Assembly: GCA_963713605.1 (NCBI GenBank)
Contig: CAVQMO010000001.1
Location: forward strand, 512,001 to 576,000
Length of the DNA: 64,000 nt
Direction of reading: 5' to 3'
Source: an uncultured Nitrososphaerales archaeon
GTDB taxonomy: Archaea; Thermoproteota; Nitrososphaeria; Nitrososphaerales; Nitrososphaeraceae
Positions 44,752 to 55,766 of the stretch are shown one piece after another. Made by a program: the position numbers and the translations under genes. Below the pieces are notes generated by a model. That model did not search any database and was not told the DNA's origin. It saw only the letters and a program-made list of their open reading frames with translations. Every line of letters starts with the position of its first letter. Position 1 is the first letter of the stretch.

Positions 44752-45452
44752 TTTTTTTCCTTCGGGCGTGGTGTTTCATATGCATCTTGAACTCTTGGAA
44801 ACGACCCTTTAGACCGTCCTATATTCTATCCCACCTATCGAAAGTTTGGCACCGACAACGACCGTGGAGAGCAGTCCCTGAGTTAAGTGGGCTGTTCCCC
44901 TTATTAGGATCGCATGCCTAGTCACGAAGTATGTAGTATGGTAAAGAGTAGAGTTGGTGTAGTCAAGTCACTAGCATGAGAGATAAGGTTTAGGGAATAT
45001 TCTATCAAAGGCAATACCCAGATGCCACTGAGTTGAAGGTTCCACTGACAGACATTATGTTTGTTACAAGTGAAATTTTGATTCATGAATTTTCGCCTAT
45101 CTTAAAACCGATATCTCGGTAAATCGACGACCTCTTTTTCTATTAAATGGCCCTCAGCGATATAATGGTCCAACGCATATCATTTTATTATGACAATAAC
45201 CTACGAATAAAGTGGTTTGTCTCACTCCTGGCGTTTAATAAATAATAGACTAACTGCACACACGCAGGAAAATCGGAAGTTCGAAGGGGATAATCAACGT
45301 GATGTGAAATACATATACGTTGCATTCATTTACCAGACTTAGAATCCTGTTATCGCACCGATATCCGAAGTTCATATGACTTTTGGCCAAAAATGATGCT
45401 CAAAAAAGCGGCTCTATTAGTGTACTTGTTCTTCCACCTGCCGCGATCTGTT

Positions 45453-45992
45453 CTAGTCCTGGCCGATGATCAGGCGAGCGTGCCGACTATCCCTCGACGA
45501 CCGCAGGAGACCAGGGAACAGGTGGCCGATGGCTTCGTGCACAAGGTCAATCGCCTCGCCCCCCTTGAGTTTCGCGGGGTCCTCGACCTCGGGCACGGTT
45601 TGGCCGAGTTGCTTGACCCGTTCCAGGAATCCCATAGTCATGGCTTGCGCGAGAGGTGAGATCGGCGCGTCGAGCGGTACCACGGGTTGATTGAAAACGG
45701 GCACTGGCCGCGCGACGATGTCAGGCCAGGTCTCTGGCTCTCGCGGAACGTCGAGGGTGAACACCCGACTGAAGTCGGGAGCGTCGGCGTCGCGGGCGGT
45801 GAAGGGCAGGCCAAGGTTCCATCGCTCACGCAGCGTGCGGATTACCGACGTGTGACGGTAGGTGTCGGTGACGACGGTCTTCTCCGGGATCCATGGCGAT
45901 ATCGCAATTGCCGGGAGGCGGATGCCTAGGCGGTTGAAGGTGAAGCCCATCTGCCCGGGCGGCCTGGAAGCGACGAACAATTTGCTTGCCAT
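45453..45992 (-). pseudogene. C-terminal fragment of a phosphoesterase (acid phosphatase/phospholipase C family), high GC
   Basis: GFTFNRLGIRLPAIAISPWI..Y.HTSVIRTL..RW..LPFTARDA.A; the N-terminal domain is absent. Confidence 0.8.
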
Positions 45993-46332
45993 GTTTACAA
46001 ACAAGATATCTGGCAGACATGACGGCGATACTGTTTCGGCTTTGTCAGTACCTCTATTATGAGCGACAACGCGAAGCAAATCTGAAACATTTGCTCTCGA
46101 ACCAATCTATTAATCTTCGTCAAGTTAAGATTAGAATGAATACACGAAATGATTCAGAAACTAAACACCGATACAGATACTACAATTATTACTAGTAGTA
46201 TACAGCTCAACATACGGACTGGACTATCGCTGTTCATACGGTGAAATGAAAAGTGGAGTCGGTTAGTTAATGTTTATGAACTGACAGAAATAGTTTGGTT
46301 ATCGATCGTCTGGTTAGCGGTAAAATGCACGT

Positions 46333-46358
46333 TTATGAATATGTATTATGAATATGTA
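46333..46358 (+). repeat. 13-bp tandem duplication
   Basis: TTATGAATATGTA x2. Confidence 0.8.
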
Positions 46359-46766
46359 TTCATCTAGATGATGGGGCAGATAGTATTATTACCGATCTAT
46401 GAGAATTTTGAAGCAATTAGGGCCAATGGTTTTTTCCTGTTATCATTAACTATTCATCTGTAGATCGCTCGCTACCATTTGTTATTAGTTGTTATTTTGA
46501 ACCATATTGATGGGGGTATCGAGCACCAACTTTGGCCCGTAGTAATATAAAGAATATTAAGTATTATACAGTCTTGGCTTGACAGTATACGTGCCATCAC
46601 TGCGTTCTAGCATCTGCTTATAATGTGCAAAAGTACTTGCTCGTGAACAGAATCGCAAAAAGATTATCCTCGAATATATGAAAGCGGTCGATACACTAAC
46701 CATTAGTGATGAATACAAACTTCACAAACAGCGCAGCGTGCCGCTTACGAAGATAAATTAAAGAAC

Positions 46767-47096
46767 GTGCCAAAAGTCGAACAACTTCAAGAGCAGCTCA
46801 CCTATAGAATAATTGAGCAAGATTCACTCAAAAGAAAATATGAAAAAGATATGATTCAAATTTGCAGTATCATTCAGCGAAGCGCTAGCTACGATGATGA
46901 CGGATTGGCTACCTTCCTTAGGATGAAGAATTGCGATAACCACCGTCTTGATACAGACGGTGAAGATTGGCCGGCAATTGATTGGAATGAAGTGGGTTTG
47001 AGTAAGCGATTTGCAAGCCTAGGCGATTCCGATATGGCGTGGATTCATAGAAGATTGGCGGAGTCAATAGCCGCTTATTTAGACTTATGGAAGTAG
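46767..47096 (+). CDS. Hypothetical protein
   Basis: 109-aa ORF with protein-like composition; no family recognised. Confidence 0.45.
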   Translation: MPKVEQLQEQLTYRIIEQDSLKRKYEKDMIQICSIIQRSASYDDDGLATFLRMKNCDNHRLDTDGEDWPAIDWNEVGLSKRFASLGDSDMAWIHRRLAESIAAYLDLWK

Positions 47097-47238
47097 ATTA
47101 AGGGTGTTACTAGTAAGGAAGCTTCAAGGTCTTGAGCGTAAAAGTGTGTAGATATCGCTATCGACTTATAAGAAGAACAAGGCTAGTAAAGCGTTGTATC
47201 GAAAGCTCCCTTATATACGAGCGACATGATACATATAG

Positions 47239-48344
47239 ATGTTGGGGATAAACACGGATTTCTCCCTATGGATGGCAGTCGTAACCATATTCTTAGTACT
47301 GGGCTTTGGACTTGCGCCAGCAATGTTTTTTCCTACATACGGGTCAAGCGACAATAGTAGTCTTCCAAAAGTATCAGACAAAAATGTAAGCGGAATAGAA
47401 AACGGTAATGTTACTACAAAAGGCAATGTATTTTTAAATCAAACAAAGGATACAGCAGGCAATCAAACTGTTTTGGCTATTAATAGCACTAATACTACGA
47501 GCGCAAATGGGACTAATGCAAAAATACTTACCAACGCATTGCAGCAACCGCTAGCGCCTTTGCAGCCATTACGTGGTTTATTGCCTGCACCATCTCAATC
47601 GCAACAACAACAACAACAACCCTCCACCTTACAACAACAACTACCACCTTTACAATCACCACTTAACCTTATCCCACCCCAATCATCACCACAACAACAA
47701 AATCCCCTTCCTCTCATGCAACCTTCACAGCAACTGCCCCCGCCTATAGGTGGTCCATTAGAGCAGCTAGGCCAAACGCAAGGCTTTCAACAACCATTCA
47801 CTATGATGCCTCCTCCTTCCACTCCACTATATCCAGTCCCATCATTTCCTTATGCAGAATATAACTATCAGCCTCCGGTGATCTTGAGCCAATCTTCATA
47901 CGTCAACAATATCGGCAGCATGCATATTGTAGGTGAGATCTTGAATCAAGCCCCAGTGACTGCCAAGTTTGTTAAGATTATAGCAACTTTCTACAATGCA
48001 AATGGTCAAGTTATAGGAACTAGCTTTACATATGCAGATCCTTCAGATCTAGCACCCGGCCAAAGACTCCATTTAACATTATTGCATCAGAAGGAAGCGT
48101 GCCCATGTACCAAATGAGTAGTTATGGATTAACGGTTGACCCAAGTAATATGCCAACGAGTTATCCTTATGTCTATCAGCCATCGCCAAGCGGAAACTGC
48201 AGCCCTTTGTATCCCGATATATGCATACCACCGCCGCCCCCCGTGTTGAACTGTAATGACATTTCAGCAAGAAACTTCAGAATAATTGGACTTGATCTGC
48301 ATAACTTCGATGGAGATAACGATGGCATTGGCTGTGAGGAATAA
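47239..48344 (+). CDS. Secreted Gln/Pro-rich protein with FxLYD-like and Excalibur-like Ca-binding domains (frameshift near 48066)
   Basis: Signal/TM segment, Q/P linker, HIVGEILN..VKIIATFYNANGQVIG..LAPGQ, then C..YPDICIPPPPP.LNC..FDGDNDGIGCE. Confidence 0.7.
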
Positions 48345-49422
48345 GGAATAAATGAACCTGATCTCGCAGTAGAGCACCATCTATGATTACACTGGCCTGT
48401 TAAACGAATGTGGAAGATCGATCAAGAGCAAGAGCAAGCAAAGCAAGAGCAGTCTGAGATTAGTACAAAAATACAATCTACTTAGTCTTCGAATAGATCT
48501 GAAAGTGATTCTAATTCATTCCATGCTTATTGCCATCAACTATTTTCATAGCATCAACTAACTATTTCTTAATTGATTCGTCTTCATCTTGAAAGAGCCG
48601 CAAGACAATATCGAATAGAATCTTCTACATAGATGAAAATAGTTTCATAGAGAATGTATAACTAAACAAAATAAATCATTGTTCCTCGCAAGACGCATGG
48701 TAACTCCAAAGAGACTAACTAGAAAATGCACAGAATGTGATGGAATGATGGATGGCGAACTTCAACCCATTCAAAATGAAGTTCCGCTGTCAACATATCA
48801 AAAAATAATTCCGGTTAATTATATGCCCGAAATCATGAAAAACATCATTTCTACAAAGTTTTAATATATAATAACTATGGATATCTAAAGATATTTTAAT
48901 TTTGGATCATTGGAGAACAAGATACGGAAACTTAGAAGCGAAATCATAGATTTAGAGTTCAAAAAGAAAGAACTGAAAGATACTCTTATTCTACAGAATG
49001 CTCAATTATTAGATCTTGGCCGAGCTATTACGAAATTTCAAAATCTATCAATAGCGAGAAACAGTAGCTAAGTACCAACGCAGCCAACGCCTGTCAGGTG
49101 TTGGCTTTGGTAAAGCTACAATGCAGATCGGTGATTCCGAAGTATACTATCGGTCCTGTTTCCGTCCGCAACATATCTCCCGCCCCCCCAGACTTGCGAT
49201 CACTTATCCCTTCATATGTCCCACACCTTCAACTTCCTTTTTCTCTTTGTCTGAAGCGACATCCTTTCGTTATCTCCCTATCAGTCTGAGCAGTCTCCAT
49301 AATGAGAACGCGGAATTGTATAACTAATTCTTGTCCTTTAAGAGCAGCGCAGTAGAATAATAGTATCGTTCTTCGGCCGCTTCCGGTCTATGCTGGTTTT
49401 AGGCGTAAATCAGTATTATCTA

Positions 49423-50547
49423 TCAAGAAAGTTTGCTGTATGTTGAAACTTGGCAATCACTAAATATTGATCTTATATCAAAGTCATTAGCTCTGTTTTG
49501 GTCTATATTCTTCTGTCCTTGAAACAGCTGGCCAAATATAGCATTTTGTTGATCGGTGATTATTTGACTATTATCTGAGTTTATCTGCACTGCAAGTCTT
49601 CTGTTGCTTTTGCCACTGTACTGCTTGTTGTCGTCATCGCCGTCGCTATTACCATTGTTGTCTCCCCCTTCGGACGGAGTAATCTTATCGTCACCGTTGC
49701 CATTGTTGCTTTCAGGGATTCCTTCCACTGTCATTATAAAGGTACCGCCGCAGTTAGTTGCAGGAAGTGATGGAAACCATGGAGCTATTATTTGCGAAGG
49801 GGTCGAGACGCCACCCACACCACCAGCCGCTGCCATGGGATATCCGGCACCTGGATAGGTTCCTGTAGGAGGATAAACGGTCGATGGGTATGTTGTACCT
49901 GAAGGTGGATAAACATTAGGGGGAAATATTGTACCTGAGGGTGGATAGTATGATGCTTGTGGTTGCACTGTGGGAATTGTAGACGTTAAGGGAGAAGATG
50001 GAAAAAATTGTTGCTGTTGAGCAGTAGATTGTGGAATAAGCTGCTGAGTAGTAGATGGCTGTTGAGAAATTAGTGGTTGTTGTTGTATAACCTGTCCAGG
50101 GGCAGGAATCTGTTGTTGTCTTGACAGAGTAGCATTAGGTGTAGGCGTGATTGTTTCCTGTTGCTGAACTTGTGGTTGTTGCGCCTGTCGTTGAAATGTG
50201 GATGGCTGTTGCTGTATTAGAGGAATCGTAGGTTGTGGCTGCTGCACTTGGACAGTCTGATTTGATGGAACAGCTGACCCTGAGGTAGTATTTCCTGTTA
50301 TTTGTTTAGCACCAGTCGTATTCTGCGTGCCTATAGGACTGAGGGTAGCGTTAGTAGCGGTAGTTGTTGTCATAGAAGAGTTGCTATTAGGCGGTGCTCC
50401 ATCAAGGAGCGACGGCAAGTCAGATACCTGTCCATTAGCCTGCTGTAATACGCCGCTAGAACCCATAGCGATGTAATTAATCACTGCGAACCCAACCGCA
50501 AGTGCCAGAGATCTTAAAGTGATCATCTGTAAAACGGGCAATGCCAA
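49423..50547 (-). CDS. Secreted low-complexity Gln/Pro/Thr-rich protein
   Basis: Signal peptide, QQQ tracts, YPP(S/T)GT repeats and a C-terminal domain with two Cys. Confidence 0.7.
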   Translation of the reverse strand: MALPVLQMITLRSLALAVGFAVINYIAMGSSGVLQQANGQVSDLPSLLDGAPPNSNSSMTTTTATNATLSPIGTQNTTGAKQITGNTTSGSAVPSNQTVQVQQPQPTIPLIQQQPSTFQRQAQQPQVQQQETITPTPNATLSRQQQIPAPGQVIQQQPLISQQPSTTQQLIPQSTAQQQQFFPSSPLTSTIPTVQPQASYYPPSGTIFPPNVYPPSGTTYPSTVYPPTGTYPGAGYPMAAAGGVGGVSTPSQIIAPWFPSLPATNCGGTFIMTVEGIPESNNGNGDDKITPSEGGDNNGNSDGDDDNKQYSGKSNRRLAVQINSDNSQIITDQQNAIFGQLFQGQKNIDQNRANDFDIRSIFSDCQVSTYSKLS

Positions 50548-50798
50548 CTATAATAATAATATTAAATGTTATGTAAACTTTCAGATAAATATCTAGAGAT
50601 AAAAAGCAGTCCTCCTTAGATACCGAGTACTAGCAAGGTCTTCTATAGTAGAGAAAAAATAAATTTCTAAATGTATAGATAACCTCTCTCTAAACCGAGA
50701 AAGAGAAGTAAATCCGAGACGTTCTCCTATGGCTAAAGCATAGGATAGGAGAACCAGAGAATATTCTTGATTACTATAGTGAGGAGCAGATCTGGCAA

Positions 50799-51047
50799 AT
50801 GAGATGCGGAGATAATATGCAGATCATCCCAATCAACTTTCAGAAGAGGCATAAAGAGATGCTGCAGTCGCAGCTGATGTCCAAGAGATTTATCAAGATA
50901 CACCCATCATTTCATAAGTTGATTGTATCTCTAAGGACGGCAGTAGTTATCGATGACTGGAAGCTGGACAAACAGCAAACATCTCATGATGATATACTGG
51001 ATTCATTTAGACTCTCCCTATGCAGTTATGAGCCTCCAAGTAACTGA
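50799..51047 (+). pseudogene. Terminase large subunit-like C-terminal (nuclease) fragment, copy 1
   Basis: KLIVSLRTA..KLDKQQTSHDDILDSFRL resembles the terminase HDDxxD motif; no ATPase domain upstream. Confidence 0.6.
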
Positions 51048-51295
51048 TGTATTGTACGCTCAATGATCTCACGCCATTAGCACAATTTCAATGAAACGGT
51101 AAGGTGTGCGGCCGTCAATGTCAGGTACTGGTGCTCCTGTGAATATAATGGCATTAGGGGCTCCATCGAATGTAATAGCATTATTGTTGATATAGCCGCA
51201 AAAGTTCTGGCACCGACAATACAAAGATACAGTATAAGATTGTGTAGCTATACTCTCTAAGACTATTAAATAGTGCTTTTCAAAAAGGAGATCGA

Positions 51296-53525
51296 TTGAT
51301 GGTGAGGGTAAAACAACCACTTCTCATTCTTTTGCTATTGTCCTCATTTGCTGTTGTTGTTATTTTTGTTGGTGTAGGTGAGCAGGCATCTGCGGCGAAA
51401 GATCAGGATTTCCGTTGTGGCGACTATGGTGGCGAGTTTGGGTTTCACTGTGACCCCTCACTCTACTTATTAACTTCGTTTGCTGAAAGGGCAAATAGGT
51501 CTGAGATTCTACCAGTAACAAACACCGATCCGGTTTATGTGCAAGGTGTAACAGGTAAAGCAGTAGAGCTAAAAGCACCGCATAAAGAATACATAGAGAT
51601 CGAAGATAATCATCACTACTACGACTACGACAACTTCTCGGTATCTTTCTGGATGAAACAAGTGTTTGATCCGAGTGGTGTAGCACAGGTAGGACAGATA
51701 ATCTCTCATACGAATAACGATCAGAAAGGTGGTTGGTTTTTCAATAGTGTGTTTGATGCTGCTGATAATGACTATCTCCAGTTCATCGTATCAGACCAGG
51801 ACAAAAACACAAGCAAATCATCCCCAATACCAGTATCGAATACAACATTTACGCACATAGTAGGTACATTTAATGGTTCTACATTGAGCGTCTACAGAAA
51901 TGGAAGTCTGTATGATGTTCAGCGATTTGAAGGCGACCGCGACAATGTTAGCCCTGACCCGATACTCCCCATTCACATTGGCAGTGCGTCGTTCTGCGAT
52001 TCTTGTGAAAGATGGCCTGGCATTATCGATGAGGTGATGCTGTTTAATGGTACAATCTCAAGCGACGAGGCAAAGCGGTTGTATTCTGGTGAGGGCGTTC
52101 CAGAGGATGCTAACCTAGTGGGACAATGGGGATTTGATGGTAGTCTAGACGATGCGTCTGGCAACAAGAATAACGCAAGCCTATTCACTCCAATGGGAAG
52201 CATTGCCTTTTCGCCGGATGGTCGTTTGTTTCTGTCTCAAATGAATACAGGCAAGATCATGATCATGGACCAGCAGAAATGGCTACCCAATCCATTCGCG
52301 ACCATTGACGGAATCTATGTTAACTGGGAACAGGGCTTACTAGGCATTGCTATCGATCCAAAGTTCCAAGAGAATCATTATGTCTATGCCTACTATACTA
52401 CCACAAGCAACAAAACGGGAGACCCCATCAATAGAGTGGTAAGGTTCACAGACAAAGACAACACAGGCACGGAGATGAAGATACTTTTAGACGATATCCC
52501 CGCATCCATAGGGTATCATGCAGGCGGCGCACTAGCATTCGGTCCAGATGATAAGTTGTATATCACAGTCGGAGATGCAACCCAGCACAGTCTTGCACAA
52601 TCGCTTTCAGTTCCAATAGGCAAGGTGTTACGCATTAATAGAGATGGATCAATCCCTTCAGATAATCCCTTTGAGAACTCACCTATCTACACTCTGGGAC
52701 ACAGAAACATGTATGGCATCGCCTTTGATAGTAATACAGGCTTAGAGTTTGAAAGCGGAGATACTGTATATGATGAGATAAACGTCCTCAAGAAGGGGGG
52801 AAACTACGGGTTTCCAACTTACCAACCAGCGAACGAACCTCCAGAGCTATCGAACTCCACTATCGACATTAAACCTATCAGAAGTTATTGGAACACCATA
52901 ACGCCTACTCAGGCCATATACTACAACGGTACACAGTTCCCAGATTTGCAGAACACTTTCATATTTGGCACATTCACGGGGAACTTGTATTCTGTAGCCC
53001 TGGCAAACAACAACAACAGCGAGGTAGGCAATGAATCACACATCCTTCTCAAGAGTTATCCATTTGAACCAGTCATCTCTGTCGCTGCGTCCCGTCAGGG
53101 AGGACTTTATTTTGGAGCGTTCCATGTCTACAACTTAACATCGCTAGACCTAAGTAAGCGCGTCCAAGACCTCTTCCCTGTGCATATCGAAAAGCCAGAG
53201 TATTTGACTGTTAAAGGACTTACCGTGAACCCAGATCAGAACTTTGTGCTCTTGGACGTTAACAGGTACAGCAGCAGCAACAGGCGAGGAGGGAGAGAAG
53301 GGCGAGCTGAACATAACTGTGCCTGAGTCTCTGCTGGCCGACGTAAATGCAGTCAATATAACACAATCGGGCGTTGAGCAGTCTACGGAGTTTTCGGTTG
53401 ACGAAGACAACGACAACGATACCATTAGTATCCAAGTGTCTCCAGAACTTGAGGGGCGAATAGTCATTTATGGTGACGGGGACTCTGAGATGGATCGAGA
53501 ACTGGCAGAGGAGGTACTGGATTGA
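51296..53525 (+). CDS. Secreted LamG-domain + glucose/sorbosone (PQQ-type) dehydrogenase (frameshift near 53260)
   Basis: FSVSFW..HIVGTFNG..GIIDEVMLFN (LamG); EQGLLGIAIDPKF, HAGGALAFGPDDKLYITVGD, GHRN and DEIN..GGNYG (GSDH family). Confidence 0.85.
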
Positions 53526-53880
53526 GTAACATAGTAGCAGCAGTTTTTTCTGTGTCGCTGCTCTTACTAATTGTGGCATTGATGTTACTGTTGCTAAGAT
53601 GAGTATCAATATGATTACTGATGCGGAAGGTGTCTGAATTCGCTTTGCATTTACATCAGCCATAACCGTCTGATACAAACTCGAATAAATGATTTATCTG
53701 AATTCTGGAGAATATGCTTGACACTTAAATCTGATTTATCATCTAGGGTTTATGTCTGCTAGTGTCTGAACGATGAAAAAATAAAAAAGATGTAAATAGG
53801 TTCTCGTGTTCTAGGGTTTCGGAACGGACTATGGTGATGATGATGGTGACGGTGATCCGGTGAATCCTTGGTTTGAGTCG

Positions 53881-54012
53881 AAACTCATTATATCATTGAG
53901 AACTGCCTTAGTATTAGATGACTGGAAGTTGGACAAACAACAGACCTCACATGATGATATTCTTGATTCTTTCAGACTGGCACTGTGCAATTATGAGTCT
54001 CCAAAGAATTGA
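53881..54012 (+). pseudogene. Terminase large subunit-like C-terminal fragment, copy 2
   Basis: KLIISLRTALVLDDWKLDKQQTSHDDILDSFRLALCNYESPKN*; 36/43 aa identical to 50916-51047. Confidence 0.6.
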
Positions 54013-54288
54013 TGTGTCATCAGAGAGAGACCTGGAAAAAATAGAAATGTATTCAATTAATTCAGTTAATTCAGGTGCCTGATTACTTCTATTTAGTAAA
54101 GACTCGAACAAAGTAATCATAAATATCTATTACAAGTTTTACGTACAATGTTAATGACGATAAGGGCGAAATTTCATAGAACATTGTAAAGAGATATCAC
54201 TTAGGCACATACTTGTCCTTATCCTATCGTGTGAGATCTTGTAGTCACGCTTTTTATACAATAGTTTGATTGGACTTCAACAATTATA

Positions 54289-54393
54289 ATGGTGATGCAA
54301 TGCATCAAATGTGGTGCAACATGGGAAAGTCCAGACGGAGCGGATGAAAAACAGTTTGCAGTATGCAAAGAATGCTCCAAGAAATACAAGTAG
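54289..54393 (+). CDS. 34-aa Zn-ribbon microprotein
   Basis: MVMQCIKCGATWESPDGADEKQFAVCKECSKKYK*; TTTTTATA box at 54251. Confidence 0.6.
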   Translation: MVMQCIKCGATWESPDGADEKQFAVCKECSKKYK

Positions 54394-54508
54394 ATATGGG
54401 CTTTGAGTTTCTAACTCAACGTGTGCTGTCACTTGTTCTTGTCAATGGAAAGTAAAGTACTGAGCATAGAAAAACGTTATCAATTACAGAGTAAACTCCC
54501 AGTAGAAC

Positions 54509-54715
54509 TTATTTGTGCAGTAGAATTAAGCCTTCTACGTCATGCGGATAACAAATAAATTTACCTTCCTTCGGAGTTTTGATTCCTACGACAGCATCTT
54601 TGCAACTAGGACAAACCTGATAGTAAACATACACTTGTTTGTTGTCCTTATTAAGACCTATTGGAAAGTTCCACATTTGGGGATGGAAGTTGCTTTTACA
54701 ATTAGGACATTCCAT
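54509..54715 (-). CDS. Small Zn-finger protein
   Basis: CPNC and CPSC pairs; AT-rich promoter-like sequence upstream. Confidence 0.65.
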   Translation of the reverse strand: MECPNCKSNFHPQMWNFPIGLNKDNKQVYVYYQVCPSCKDAVVGIKTPKEGKFICYPHDVEGLILLHK

Positions 54716-54907
54716 ATCTTATCATTGACAATTTTAATTCAAAATATTATCGGTTAGGTTATAGTAGAACTTGCTGACCGCTGTTCTTGTCAACGGAAGA
54801 TAAGGTTTTAACTAATAAATGAATGAGAGACTCTGTTACTTCGTAACTAGGAGCAGGAATTCAGTAAACGAAAAAAGTATACGTTATCCCTAGGATGTTA
54901 TTTTGTC

Positions 54908-55261
54908 CTACGGACACTGGTTTTCAGTACCTCCACCTTGTTCACATAACCCTCTGAGTACGTCTGCATTTTCACTAGGATGGGCTCTATCGCCATCATC
55001 ATCATCAAGATCGCCTTCTGCCACGTCTGGTTCCGTGAGGTCTAAGTTACCTACTCCGATACGTGGAGTATTATCTGTGTCAGGGTTATCGTCTGGGTCT
55101 GATGAATGTTTTCCCATTTTTCCAGACTGCCCAAGATCGGATGCAAGATCTCCCCATTCATTCTTCCCAGCGGATACGTCAGTAACGCTTACTGTTGCTG
55201 CCATTATCATTACAGCAGTAATCACTCCTGTAATTAATCCCGCGTACATGGTCTTTTTCAT
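54908..55261 (-). CDS. Small secreted acidic protein
   Basis: MKK plus hydrophobic signal ending VSA; Asp/Gly-rich; two C-terminal Cys. Confidence 0.7.
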   Translation of the reverse strand: MKKTMYAGLITGVITAVMIMAATVSVTDVSAGKNEWGDLASDLGQSGKMGKHSSDPDDNPDTDNTPRIGVGNLDLTEPDVAEGDLDDDDGDRAHPSENADVLRGLCEQGGGTENQCP

Positions 55262-55273
55262 AGAAGTATCTTA

Positions 55274-55331
55274 TTATAGTGAATATATATAAAGTTATCT
55301 TATAGTGAATATATATACAGTTATGTTATAG
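55274..55331 (+). repeat. 26-bp tandem repeat (2 copies + partial) over the promoter of 54908-55261
   Basis: TTATAGTGAATATATATA(A/C)AGTTAT(C/G) x2, then TTATAG. Confidence 0.85.
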
Positions 55332-55766
55332 CAGATAATTCCATACTCAGAAAAATAAGGCTGTTCGACTGAGGAAGTGTCGACTTGTCTCCACTATCTC
55401 GCCGTTTATCCTTAACTTGACGAATAGACCTAGGTTATTCTCGTCAATATCCTTGATCTCAAAAAAACCCTGATGGGATATTTTGGACCTATCCATTCGG
55501 AACATGCTACTTATTCATACCTCCGAACTCTAGCATTATGTTAAGGATTTTCTTGCTGTCTAGCACGAATGTGAATTGTTCGTCACTCACTCCCCCCTTG
55601 AACTAGGTTTGTTTTTTGATCGTCGCCCACACGACCGCTTAAAAACAATACGGACTTGAAAAATGACGCTATTGGTTTCTTAGACCTTGCTTTAGTTTCC
55701 ATCTTTACACTTACTTTACCTGGCTTCTCTTGACAACTTAAATAGTTTCTCTAGTAAACATTTATT

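Noticed and set aside
48679..49230. Short Cys-containing, coiled-coil and PAPPDL fragments
   Set aside because: Probably decayed genes, too broken to assign.
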